Positions 39,901 to 53,577 are shown, counted from the stretch's first letter. The stretch is DNA of 64,000 nucleotides from Auanema rhodensis (GCA_964057225.1 OZ059894.1:13454001-13518000); one strand, 5' to 3'. Numbers and translations: made by a program. Notes: generated by a model from the letters alone, not told the origin.

Positions 39901-41430
39901 GATTGCAGTATATTTTCTGATATATTCAATGATAATATTTTGGGCATAAATGGCTTGTCAGATGTGAATAAAGCTTCGAACAGTTCAAATAATACTTCAA
40001 AAGATGGACTTTCTGTTGAAGGTTCTCAGGTATTTACTACTAATGTACCTGTTTTCCATTCAACTATATTCATTTAGGCTATGCTATCATCAAAAGTTAT
40101 TGATGAGCCTATGCGCTCTCGTGTTGAGGTAAGTTTGAAAATGCTCACCAGAATCCCTATTCTACTATTAGGCAAGAGGAACAAAGCTTTTGACAGCTCA
40201 GTCTGCCATATCTCGTGAAGCCTCAACTGTAAAATGTTTGCTATCCAACGGAATTGTTTGCGAATTTGGATGTGAATCAAAGACAATGTATATTTTTTGA
40301 AAAAAAAACAGAATTTCAATGAAAAATAATAATAATTAAGGTGTATTTGTCCAGTAACACATAGTCAATTATCTAGCGGAGCTTGTGTTTCTATGCGAAA
40401 AAAAGAAGTCTCATGTCTAAGAAAGCGAGATTTGAATGCCACATGGGATCCAATTACTAAGAACATTTTGGTAAAAATATGGAAAAAAACAACTGAAAAT
40501 ATAGTGTTCTTCCATTTCAGATCTATAGCAACGAGGCTTACGAACATATTAGGTCAATGGACCATGCTGATAGGTTGTATGTTGAGTTTGGAAAAATTCG
40601 AGAAGAAAAGTTGTCGCTAGGGAGTTCAAATGAAACAATTGGTGGATTTGTTTTCGATAATCAAGAAACACATAAAATGGTCGTTGGAACCGAGGTTCAT
40701 TTGTCTTTTCAGATAATTCAAAAGAAAAAGAAAGATTATTTCAGAAATTAATTCGAACATCAGTTTTCTCTGAAGAGCCTTTCATATTTCATGTGAAAGA
40801 AACAATAGATATTGATAATTTCATTTATGGAATGCGTTTATGTACCTTCAAGAATCGTATAATTCAAGTAATTTTGAAATTAAATATAAAAATATTCTAA
40901 TATATATCATAGAATCCATTTGCACATAACTGGAATGAAGAAAATTCAGTTAATAAATCTGGTAGTATAGTTCAAGTAAGTTATTTTAATCAGAAAAAAT
41001 AAATCAAATTTATTATTTTAGGTTACTCAACTATCTGCTATTCGATTCACAAATGATCTAAAAAGTGATTTTATTGATAATTATTGGCTTGTCCTATACA
41101 ATGTTGGAAAAATTACATTACTCATTGTTCTTGTAAATTCTTTCTTCTAAAATTCTTTCAATTTTTTTTAATTTCAGGCTGTACTTATAATGATTTTAAT
41201 TTATTTAAATTGCTCGAGAATTAAATCATTATATGATCGTAAACGGACACATTACTTTCGACCATATTACTTTGATCCTCAGGTTTATTAACTATACATA
41301 GTATATAGATAAACAAAATAATTTATAGGTTCATGTAACTCAATCAAGTCGATATGGTCTTGATCAATCTAATCGAGGACTTCATAGAACAGAGAATTCG
41401 ATCTATGACAATCGAAGTAGAATGATTTGA
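36941..41430 (+). CDS. Type I membrane protein with Cys-rich N-terminus, fibronectin type III-like repeats, Thr-rich mucin-like stalk and short Tyr-rich tail; about 23 exons
   Basis: Signal MSKLWVIFLLLPICTLT; CALECFSRC; FN3-like DPCRDYQFRVIVV, VYVRWSLP, LTWESP..LYYHVRYG, KEYGVQVC; Thr-rich exon around 39420-39860; TM ITLLIVLAVLIMILIYL; tail ..YDRKRTHYFRPYYFDPQ..SRMI*. Confidence 0.82.
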
Positions 41431-42282
41431 TCTCAATTTTATATTTATTAGTAGTATCTTAACTATATGAAAAGCTGTTAGATTATTATAATCTGAAGCT
41501 TGTATTGGTTACTTACTCCACTTTCTTTACTTGGAAATATCAAGTTATATCTTATCCGGTTTTATTTTTAAAAATATTTTTTTAAAATATAATTCTTGTT
41601 AATGTTTTGTGATTATAATTATTATGTGCTTATCTGTTTCAAATATCATTTTACAGGTATTTCCGTATAATTTAACTAATAAGAAATAGAAATTTGTCTT
41701 TTCTTTGTCTATTTTTAGAATATAATTATATGCAAAGCTAATATATATATATATATATTTTTTTTTATTCTTATAATAAATAATATTTACTGTTTGTAAA
41801 CACATTACTAAATATATATTTTAGTCAGTTTATCGTCCAAACTTGAAATGGCATAACAACAAGTGACAGAGAAAAATCTATAATTGTATAAAGTTACGAA
41901 GTGTAAGTTAGGCTTTTAGCTACAAAATGCCAAAAATTTTTTTTGAAAATTCAAGTTATTTTTTATTTATTTTTCGTGTGTATAGTACTTTGTCTTGTCA
42001 GCAAAGAAATCCACCCATATTTTAAGTTTATTGCTTACCTTTTGTCATATGTCTTTCTGTTTTTTTAATAAAAAGCTTAACTTTAGACTCAGAATGGCTT
42101 TCTATATGTATATATGTATGTACATACATATGCATTTATAGGTACAACATACAACATACTATGTACATAGTATGTGGTTTGCATTCTATTTTGTTTATAA
42201 AAAAAAGAAATTTAGCTTTAAGTTGCTTCATTATATTTTTAATATTATTTTGCTAATCTTATATTCATTTAAATGTCATATA

Positions 42283-42302
42283 TAGTGTATATATAGTCTA
42301 TA

Positions 42303-42334
<32 letters not shown>
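42283..42334. repeat. (TA)n microsatellite preceded by a duplicated tagtgtatata unit
   Basis: Direct inspection of the sequence. Confidence 0.9.
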
Positions 42335-42337
<3 letters not shown>

Positions 42338-42921
42338 GTAAAATAGATTAATTTATTTTAATTTAAAATTTTGTTTTGAAAACGTTTTTTATCTCCCACA
42401 CAAGCTATTGATCCATTTATAATTATATTCCAAAAATAATAATTTTCATTTCTTCATTCCATAAATTTGCATTTTTTTCTGTGTTGAAATCAAAAATGTT
42501 CATTTTTCAACTTGAATGAATATAGACATTCATTCAGTAAGCATTGAGAATACTTGAAAATTTTCTCAAATATTTATTATGACATCATTTTCTTATGTTT
42601 TTTTGTGTTATTGATAATAACAATTTTTATTCAAATATAATAATACTAAAAATTATTTTATATATTATATATAAATTAATTTTATTTAATTCTATGTTAT
42701 CTCACATACTTGTATATTCACGTAAATTTACGTCAAATACATACACATAATGATCAAACATTCATTTTAATATTTTTGAAAGTGCAGAGCTGGTCGTATT
42801 CTGTTTTGGAGGCTCATCGCCGCAGGGGTAATTGCATTTTGTAAATTTGTGTTGCTCGTTTTCATTCTTCGTTCGTTCACTTCCTTCATTCCCTAATTTG
42901 TCTGTTGGCTCTTATCTCTCC

Positions 42922-42941
42922 GTCTCTCTCTCTCTCTCTCT

Positions 42942-42985
<44 letters not shown>

Positions 42986-43023
42986 GAAAATATAAAAAAA
43001 ATATATATATGTATCACTCTCTC

Positions 43024-43067
<44 letters not shown>
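42922..43067. repeat. Compound (CT)n-(TA)n-polyC-(CT)n microsatellite
   Basis: Direct inspection; this repeat generates the spurious ORF 42905-43108. Confidence 0.95.
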
Positions 43068-43070
<3 letters not shown>

Positions 43071-46000
43071 CCCTTCTCTTGTTTTTATACTATATGTATC
43101 TTTTCTGACTCATTATTTGGTAAAAGCTACGAATTGACTAGCATTCACTTAAAAAGATATTATTTTGACCGTCAATCCTCATTAAATCCAACACATTTCA
43201 TGACAGAATATAATTATATAATTTTTAATTATAAAAAGTTAAATTACACTTCAAGCTAGTTCTCAATTTTCATTGAGCATATTTTAATTAATATTTCATA
43301 TATGTAGCCTGTTTTTAAAAGAAAAAATATGAAAATATAAGATAGTATACTATAATATTTCTTAGATTGCTGTTCATATTATTCAAGAAATATTTTTTTT
43401 TCAATGTTTTTTCTTATTTTATTGATAAATGAATGATTTAGTTGTTATTTTGGATACATCCATTTGATGCGAGATGTTGATAATGATGAATCGTCATGGA
43501 TTTTGATGTTTTTTTTTGAAATTCATATGAAAACACTAAATTTGAGATATATATTTTTATCTTAACTTTCTTACTTTTTTCTCCCTCTCTGATGGTTACC
43601 CACCTCCCTTCCCCACTCTGTCTCTCTCTCTATCTCCTTTTATCCTGATCTACTCGTCAATCAAGCTCTCCTATCCTCTTACATTCCCTCTTTGAGTGTC
43701 ATTACTTCCCTTTCCCAATATGTATGTCTCATTCTCTCTTTGGCTAATTCTCTTTCCATATATCTACTTACATTCTTTAAAAATCCTCTCTGAAAGAGGT
43801 TCCAATGACAGCTATGTCGGTCAAGCTTCAGGCAGAATCGTACGAAAATACATAGACGCAGGTGGAGTGAAAGCAGCAGCAATATCTGGAGCTTTAGGAA
43901 ATACTGAGACTAACATAGAGTGCGCTCGTAGAGCTTCAGAAGCAATGACGTCACTTTGCCACTGCCTTCTATCGATTCTTCTGCTTTCTACACCCCCTCA
44001 TCTCACTGGACAGCCTTCTTGCTCTTCTATCAGCTGCACAGCTCCAAACCTGCTTTCAATTTCTTTTTCATATCGTATTATTCTATTTATTACATTATTC
44101 TTAATCGATAATAGCATGTGAGGTATAATATATAACAGCTCTCTACAACACTCTCTTGGTCTTATAATCAACGTTAAGATTTTGCTTTTGTCAGCTTTAA
44201 TTTGATTCACAACTACGCTATACAAGATATTCCATTCAATATGAATTTTCATTTGAAGTCAATTTGTTTTCCGGAAAAATATCTTCTTTGTCCACTAACA
44301 ATTTTGGGCATCAAGCCTTTCTTTGATAAAATCGATTTGCTTTAACTTTTGAATTCTTATATCTTGTTTCTGGTCACATGTCACATTATTTTTAGCTGAA
44401 ACGGAATTCAAACAATGTTTCAAAATTCAACCTTTCTACCTACTATTATGAACAATGACGTAGCATGACATCATTTTTCGAGCTTAAAGTTAATGCTGAG
44501 GCTTGTTTTCAGGATATCGTTGCTATCTCCCTCTCTGCCCATTTTCTCTCCTACTATCCTTTCATAGCTATCAACTTCTCTTTCTTTTTCCCCCTCTCTC
44601 TCTTATATATCCTCTCCCTCTCTCTCTTCATGTATTCTATCTTTAGATTGTATGTTATTTCTATCTCATTTTTCTTCATACTCCTTTTACTCTATCTTTC
44701 ACCATCTCGTCTCTCCTCTTACCTCTCTAGTTCTCTCGTCTTCTTTCCACGTCATTCCCCCTCTCTTATCCTTTCTGTCTCTTTCAAGCCTTTGCACTCT
44801 CATCATCATTGTGTTCATCTGTTTTCTATTTCAAATGAAAAGAAAAATTAATAAAATCTCAGAAGACCCCTATTTTCCTAGAAGCAAATCCAATAAGAAC
44901 CTCTTTTATACTTTACTTATCTCGAATCGTCTTCTTTTTTTCATATATAATGATTATATTTTTTTTAGAAAATACCATATATAGCATTTTCGTATAAATG
45001 TAAAAAAAATATATATCCACTATAATATACTATATTCTATAGCAAATTTCAATCATTACTAAAAATTTCTATGAATTTTTTGGCTATTTGGCAAAAGATT
45101 AGACACTGAGCCACACATCGTTCTGTTTTCCTAAAGTCTCTGGTTCTCTTCCTTTTTCTGTCAAAAAAGGAGCTGAAATACGAAAAATACGTTTGAAGCA
45201 TGTGAAGAAAAGAAAACAGAACGGCTTAAGTTTTTTAGTTCAGCATTTTGTAAAGAAATCTTTACTGAAAACACTCTGTTCTTATTTTTTCGAAATACAG
45301 AATGAACAATGAATTAACTTGTTCGTTCTGTAAACTTCTTATCATATTATACCTCTAAAAAGCTTTTTCTTTCTTTTCATCTTCTTAAACTATAGTTAAA
45401 CTATATTTTATATTATTCATATAATATATAATATATATTTATATTCATATAGTATATTTTAATTATTATATTCTTTTTAAAATAAATATTTTTCCACAAA
45501 AAAAATATTTTAAAGTAGTTTTTCTTGAGAATAAGATAAAACCAGATTTGAATAAAAAATTTTGAATCTTTTCCGTTTTAACGGAACAGCCAAATTTTAC
45601 ATTTGGTTTTTTCCTTCAAAATAATAATTGTACACAAAACTTTTAAAATGTTATTATTCTAACTATATAAAATTATTTATTTTGATGCTTATATGCATTT
45701 GACAACTTCATTTAATTCATTCATATTTTCTTTTACTTCATTTTATAAAAAAAAATTCAAATTTTTCTAAGCAATGCTAAATGAACAAATTGTCCTCTTT
45801 CAATAGTTCTTACTATGTTGCAAATCAATTTACTTCTCTTGTTGCTGTCATAGTAACCATCTTGTGACTATTTCTCCACCACAACTTGAAAACGAGACAT
45901 CAATTCTCCGTTTATAACTCATTATTCATTTTCATTTTTTTATCGTCGATCGGTTTTTTTTGCTGAATCGTTAGTTTCATCATTTTGATGAGAATATTAT

Positions 46001-48149
46001 TCAGATTGAATTTCATCTTTCAAGACTATAGCTTTATTTATTTTGTCTGATCATATTGTGTATATAATTATTCACATGTATAGTATGGAAAAAGCTTTTT
46101 TTTTTGCTCCCAGTTGTCCAATGGAAATGAGAATTGGAAGATGGCTAGTAAGGGAAAAAACAGCCAATTAAAAGATCCGATGTACCGGTTTTGTTTTGGA
46201 CATCCAGTAAAACAGAATGAAGGAAAAAAAGAAAAAAAAGCTATAGCTTTTTTATGTAAATAATCTGAACTATATAGATGATGATTATATATCCTATTAA
46301 TGTTATTTTTCATGCTCACTCAATGCTATTTCTATTACAATATTTTTTATCTGTATATCTTCTAACTATTGTTCTATATTCAACACATTCATATATATAT
46401 ATATATATATATTAAACTTTACAATATCTTTATTTTCTTTGAAAAAACTAATATTAATTTCATTTTGAATATATAAAAAAAGGCTTTGTGTTTGCTTTTC
46501 CTGCTCCAGTATGGCTTAACTGAATTGTTTCAAAGCTGCGAGCTCGAAAATCTTTTCCGGGTACCAGGCAGCACAAATTTTATGATACTTTTAAGCTTTA
46601 ATAGCATTAAGAGGCCCAACATTATTGAAGATTTAGAATAACCTGAAATATTTATCGCCTTTAGTCCCTTTTTTTCTTTCTTTCGCAAAAAAAAGCATTT
46701 TGTATTATAATTTTCTCATAAAGCACTTGAAGTTAAATGCAGTTTTGAAGCCATGACTTTTAGCCGACAACTTATTTTCCATCAAATAAAAATCTTTTAT
46801 TTAATCTTCCTCTTCAAATAAGTAGGGTTATTCTCTCTCTCTCTCTCTCTCTTTAAAGTAATAAAGAATCTGAGAATAAGATTGTAAAGTAAATGACAAC
46901 ACGAGGTGTCATAAGAGTTACTTAACAACCAAAAGAAGTTATGCAAATCATGTGACAGCAGATTTGTATGTTGTTAAGCAGATTCCAAGAATCTATATCT
47001 GATACTTTTTACTGATAATGAACAGAGAAAAAAATATATATTTTACATAAAAATTTTATAATATTTACTATTCTTTTAGACTTTTTATAACTTATTTTTT
47101 CTTTAAAAAATCTTTTTTTCTCTCTCTTAAAAGCCTTTGAGTGCTATTTTAGAATTCATTCGTTTCTGTACTTTAAACTAACATTTGAACGTTTATCTCT
47201 TATTCTGAAAGACAATTATCTATTTTTCTTATGATATTATTCAAAAAAAGAGTTTTAACTTGTATATTCTTCATTTTCCACTTATTTTTGTTATATTGAG
47301 TACGAAATAAGTTATTCAGATGTGGTCAGAAAATAAAAGAAATTGAACACAAAAAATTGAAAAACTCAAAGCTGAATGACTGAATGAATGAATATTTGAG
47401 AGTTTTGTACACTATACCAATAAAATTTATTATATATTATTTTTTATAAATAATTTTTTCTATCTTTAAAAGTCTACAAATACATATTTCTCCTCCTGTT
47501 CTTCTTATTCATCTCAACCCTTCTCATAGTTCTATCTTCTTTTTTATTCCTCCCCTCCCTTCATGTCTTTTTTTTTCTGTTGAATAGTATTTGCTACATA
47601 TATCCTCACTGCTACCAGCTTTTTTGCATTCACAATTTTATAATTTTATCTTTTTTTTTTTCAATCTAACTAATTTATTAGTCAACATTATATTTTATAT
47701 GAAATAATACTTTAATTATGTTAAATATGAATATTTCCAAGAGAAATGAAAAGAGTATTATTTTTCTTTAATCTGAAATTATTTTGCATTTTAATAGAAA
47801 TGACTCTTGACTATTGGCAATATGAGCTATTTTTCTTCATCCCCCCAGGTACACCACTCTCTTTATCTTTTCTTCTCTCTCTCTCTCTCTCCTTCTTTCT
47901 TTTTTACTTTTTCCCTTTCTTCCCACTCACTTCACCTTACCTTCCTTCTAAGCTATATTACATTTTATGTTTTCTATTATAACGATACATTTTATATATT
48001 TCACTTACAGCAATATTAAAAACGTAAAATTCTATGTTTCCATTCTTTAATGTTTTTCTTGTTTTGCTTCATTTTCGTTCTGCTCCCTTTAATGTATATT
48101 TTTTCCTGAAATATTTAATTGCAGATTTGAATCGCAATCGGATGAGCCA

Positions 48150-50403
48150 ATGACCGGCTTCCGACTGGGTTGTGGCGGTAAGAAACTTTCTCCGCCAGGG
48201 CCGACCAAGCCCACAGCTCTGGTAGATGAGGTTTGTTTCACAAGTACATCTGATTACTATATACTTTATTATGTGTAGGTGTCCGCTCCTCGTGGTTTCG
48301 GGATAAAGAGCTATCTTCACCAATTCTATCAGTCACCAACAGTTGAGGATATAGAGCAAAGTGGAGCATGGTTAGTATATAAATAATTATATTTTAAAAT
48401 TATTAGACTAAAATATATAAATTAAAAGCTATTTTTATTGAATTAATAATCAAAATCTGAGTAAAAAAAGAAGCCAAATAGATAAGATTAAACAATCTCA
48501 ATGATTAAAATGTGATTTTATGAAATTAGAAAAGTTGAATAGCTTCATGTTGACTAAATTAATTTTTTTTATTAATACTATATCATATAATTAATTTTTT
48601 TTGTGATTATCTAGTGAATGTGATTCATAAAAATGGAGAAAGTTAGTCATTAATGAAATAATATGCTATTTATACGTTACAGATTTTCTGAAAATTATTT
48701 TGACCAGTAGCATAGCCAAATAAGAAATTACAATAACTATATAATATATATCTTATTTGGAAAAAAGAAATTGTTCTCAGTTCTATTTTTTTTATATTTT
48801 TTTCCAATTATATACAATACACCAAGTTTATTTGTTTGTTTTTATAAGAAGCAAAAAGAAAGAATTAATTTCGTTAAACTAATATAAAATATATTTTTTC
48901 TTTAAATAAACATAAGTTTATTTTTATTATTTTAAGTAATCGGCTTAACTATATTTTTCCACAAAACTAACTATTATTAATGCACATTAATAAACTTTGT
49001 TTATATATTTTAGATTCATAAAACATTAAAGTACATATTCTGAATATTATGAACATTTTGACAGAAAGTACTAAAAGAGAAAAATATTGAATTCTTTCTA
49101 TATTCTTAAGTTTGAAGTATATTCCCTATAAGTAAAACTAAAAACTGATTTTATTTTAAAATAAATAATTTCTAATTGTAAATCTATTATTATATGATTA
49201 CAACCGTTTGACAGCTTCATTAATATTAAAAATGAAATCATTTTAATATCTGTTTAAATCAACGTGATCGATTGATCTAATATTCTAATTAGTTACGTGA
49301 TTTTATGTATTTAATCGTTGTTTCAGGTATCTTTTACCACCACCACCAGCTCAACGTCGGGGACTATTCTTTTGCCGAATCGCAACAGTACTTGGTATTT
49401 CATATCAATTATGATACATATTGTTAGAATTGTTTTTTTTTCAGGGCTTTTATTGCTAGTAGCTGGAGCTGCTTCAATAATTATTGGATATTCATGGCCA
49501 CAAGAAGGTATTGAAGAATCAATTACCCGAATCGTTATTTATCAGGTTCGTTGTTTTTTTTCTTTTTCATAGTGTTATATATAATTCGAAATATAAAAAA
49601 ACTTGTTTTTGCCGGTTATTTTGAACATGATTTACATATTTGGTTAGGTCTACTACTATGACTACTGTATAGACTGCTACTATTACATCTTATAAAGCCC
49701 AAAAAAATTAATATTTGGTGCATATTAAAAAAATTATATACCATAAAGGAATTTGAAAATAATTTCTTAAATTAACTGAGTCAGCTGTTTGAAGTTCTCT
49801 GCTCTTCACAATGAATGCAAAAACTTAGGAAAGAAAAAAGAACAGAGGCTTCATTTGCAGTGCAACTTCATGTGCTGCAAGGGCTGAAGCACTGATTTAA
49901 TATAGTCATAATAGCTAGGTTTCACATAGCCTCAGGCTTCGGAGGGTAGCAAAAGCTAAAAAAAACCTTAATCAGTTATCTTAAGATTTTAATGATTTTT
50001 ATGTTTTTTAGGATGAAGATGGTGGTTATTATGTACCACAAGAACGCCTACAACAGATGCTTCTTGATCCCATGCGGTACTGGAAGACAGCTGGATTCTG
50101 TTTGTTTGCTTCAGGAGCCATGACTTTGGCCATTTCCTTAATGATTCCCACATTGGCTACATGCATCGGATCGAAACGATTGGCAGGATTCATGAGTGAG
50201 GATAATTCACCAAATGAACCCCCAATCCGAATTTACCCCAATGATAAGCCAATAATAGCTGCTACTAGGTGAGATGAAAACATGAAATACAAAACGAATA
50301 ATTCAATTTCAGTTGTCCCGTACCCGTTGTTGAAGAGATTCAGAAAGTTCAGCCCGAAGGACGTCCAAATTCGGATAATAAGAACACAGCTCTTCTGGAT
50401 TAA
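48150..50403 (+). CDS. Neurensin-family (NRSN1/2-like) two-TM vesicle membrane protein; 6 coding exons
   Basis: MTGFRLGCGGKK...GFGIKSYLHQFY (neurensin signature FGxxSYLHxFY); TM1 GLLLLVAGAASIIIGYSWP; TM2 GFCLFASGAMTLAISLMIP; C-terminal PVPVVEEIQKVQP. An upstream exon is possible because the frame is open from the acceptor at 48124. Confidence 0.85.
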
Positions 50404-52971
50404 ACACAACACAACATCTTTTTTTTTCGAGCCTTTACTAATTGTAAGATATATATTCAGAAATTTTACGAAAAAAATTTATTTACAGGGTCCGCTCCTC
50501 ATCTGTCCTATCTTACCGGTCGCTTGCCCGTGTCCCAGTCCCAGCAGTGATATGTATAGAACGGCGGGCGCCCGCCTTCACTGTTCATCATGCATCTGAA
50601 TAGATTTACAAACTGATATATGCAGAAACAATTATAATTTACAATGTATTTTTATATTTTTATTATGTAGAATTAACTATACATAGAAAATTATAATATG
50701 TCTAATTCTATACTGATGTTTTGAGCTCTCTTCTGATGATTTCTTGGCAGTAGCTATATAATATGATTGTTATCTGTTTTCTTTTGGCATTTAGGCCAAT
50801 CTTCAATTTACTCTCTCTTAACTGTGAAAAACAGTAAAAGAACTGAAAATAAGAATCTGATTAAAACTTGAAAGATGAAATGTTGCTGACAGTTACTGCC
50901 TGAAATGTTAGAGCCATGATGTCATCCGTGATGCCGCTGAGTCTGCGCTTGAACCGCCGTTCTAGACTGCTTGACTGAATCAAACCTTACTTCTTTGTAA
51001 TCTCATGTAATATTTGAATTCGAAGTGATTTAATAATATGTATAATATAATATATAAATAGACTATTATTGTAAGATAAGATTCGCCTAGGGACGTGGCA
51101 AGCAATAAAGGTTTCATGTTAACAAAGAAAGATTTTATAGATATATTTTTATTTTTTAATGGAAAAAAGAGGAAACAACAAGAATATTATCGTTGAAATA
51201 TTTTCACATATTAATATTATACATATATCTGCATGTTTTCTCAATTTCCTCACCAATATCTTAAATTCAGCTCGTTCATATCTAAATGGTGGGAAAATTG
51301 AAATCCAAATCACAATCACTCTTCTAAATTTTACCTATGCACAATGAATCAGTCTCGGTTTGCATATATATTCTACTAATTACAGAATATATAATCGTAT
51401 AGTTATATATATATCTGTAAAATATTTTTAATATATAGTTGCTATAACTAGAAATTCTTCTATTTAACTCCCTTTACTGTTTCAATGGAATTCAAGATTT
51501 ATCTTTTATTTTCCTCTTATTAATACAAAATATTTTTACCTCATTATATAATAAATTTGAACGAAATATGTCATAAACTACATATATTGCATTCATGCAA
51601 TACTCTCGAGATCATCAAATCCTCTTTTCTCTATTTAAAGCTTTCAAGTAATTACGTTTTTTCCATTTTCTTCATGTTTTCAGAAAATCAACCATTTTAA
51701 GAGAAAATCTGCAAGTACTACTACTGCTAAATCAAAATAGGAATAAATTAAGATATTAGTTATATCTCTCAGCGTTAATTAAACCAAGTTTCAAGTTTTG
51801 AAGTACATCACTATGATTACAGTAATGGCACAAATTTCTAATTTTCTTATATCATTGAAACATTCTGTTTATAAGTGATATCACACATTTTTGTTCAGAA
51901 CATTGTAAAATCATTCCATGATCTCTTTCTCATACTCATGCTTCTTAGTCAACTACAACTTTCGCATTGAATTTAATGTCAACGACGTCATTTTTACTAT
52001 GTATACCTTCACATACATGCATATTGAAACAAGCAAAAGCCATCAACATCATTAAATTTTTTTAATATCATCGTCCTTTACCTTGATATCTGCTATTCAA
52101 CTTTTCTATTTCCTTTTCCCTTTTCCTATATTCGTACGTTAATCCGCCTCCTCTTTCAAACTTCTACTTAAAGCTTAACATTAGTTGATTCGATACCAAA
52201 TTTTATTCAAATTTACGTGATTTTTCATCTTTCTTCTTTTTGATTCAGTATATCATTAATTTTATATGATTAATATGTATATATATATACATTCTGAACA
52301 TAAATATTCTTATCCATTTCCTCTACTTACCTCATCATTATCCATTTGCTAAATGATCATCAGTTCCGGTGTGCGAAGCTTATCGTTCAAACTTTGTTAT
52401 CATCAACATGAAAGTATATCCTCAGTCTATGATCAGCCAGCAATATTTAAAAAAAACTTTCCATCTATCCCTCAGCATTTGAGATTCAAACGACTTTCAC
52501 GTAAGCTTCTCATATGCGTCTTACACACGTTTCCCAATTTCTTGTCAATGACCCCAAAATATCATCATTTCACCATCTCACACTTTTTCGACATGATCAT
52601 CTCATTTGTGCATATTTCCCACTATCATTCATGATGAGTTTCTGCATCTCTTTGTCTTAAGATTTAAAATAAAAGGCTCCAATTCATACTAGATATTCGA
52701 ACAGGTCTGTTACTTCAACTAACCATATATTTCATGTTTTATTTTCATTTATTTTTATTTTAATGCTTAATAACGCAACTAATGTTCACGATTATATGGT
52801 ATTCTTCAATCTTGTCCAAAGTAGCATTATCCTTGTTCCATTCTGGAATGTCCGCTCAACCAATTCGAATAGCTTATAATTTCCCAACCTTTTATCCCAT
52901 ATACTTACGTACCTGAATGAACATTTTTATTTTGATCAATTAATTTTTAAGCTTTTTTTCCCAGGAACAGG

Positions 52972-53279
52972 ATGATTATCTTTACTCTTCTACTTCTTGT
53001 ATCTCCCGCTATTCAATGGGCACTTGTAACTCCAAATGATTTCCGAAGAGAGCCAATAAGCCAAAATCGACCGTACGTTTATACAAAAATATTCATTAAC
53101 ATAATGCAATGTGAGAACAACAAACTAAAGGAGAAACTTTCAGAGTACCGTTATACCAGCAACACACATCGCAGTCAGAAGAGCCACCACTATACATGAT
53201 GAACCCATTTGTTAGTCCTTTAGCTAGAAAATGGAGAAAACTAAGAAGCCGGAGAGATCAAGACAACAGACTGGCATAA
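52972..53279 (+). CDS. Small secreted peptide precursor (78 aa), exons 52972-53072 and 53144-53279
   Basis: Upstream ttttcccag acceptor; phase-2 intron gtacgt...tttcag; MIIFTLLLLVSPAIQWALVTPNDFRREPISQNRPVPLYQQHTSQSEEPPLYMMNPFVSPLARKWRKLRSRRDQDNRLA*; AATAAA at 53295-53300. Confidence 0.68.
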
Positions 53280-53577
53280 GATTAACTTGACCTCAATAAA
53301 TTAGTTGACCAAATAACAGTACCGCTATAATATCAAAAAACTGCAAAAATAAAGAAGCGCGAGTATGAACAGCTTCATCATTATTACACATAGTTATGAG
53401 AACATTGTGAATACACGGACTACCAAGGGATTTGGATAAAATAACATGCAAACTATACAAGAAATTATGAACAATATAAGATTATGAACCTCACTAGAGG
53501 AGTCAAAATAAGGCTTTAAGCTAAGGCTTAAAGAGATGATTCATCGCGAGCGCAACCAGTCTAAGGTTATACAAACC

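Noticed and set aside
41908-41915. TTAGGCTT telomere-like word (telomerase template or DNA-elimination site idea)
   Set aside because: A single 8-mer is expected by chance; no tandem TTAGGC array or recognisable elimination motif.
50549-50593. TGATATGT (mir-50/190 seed) hairpin; on the minus strand a C-box ATGATGA and a ...WDWDTGKR peptide-like frame
   Set aside because: The loop is too small for a pre-miRNA, there is no D box, and I could not build a minus-strand gene with a signal peptide. The + strand intron explains the segment better.
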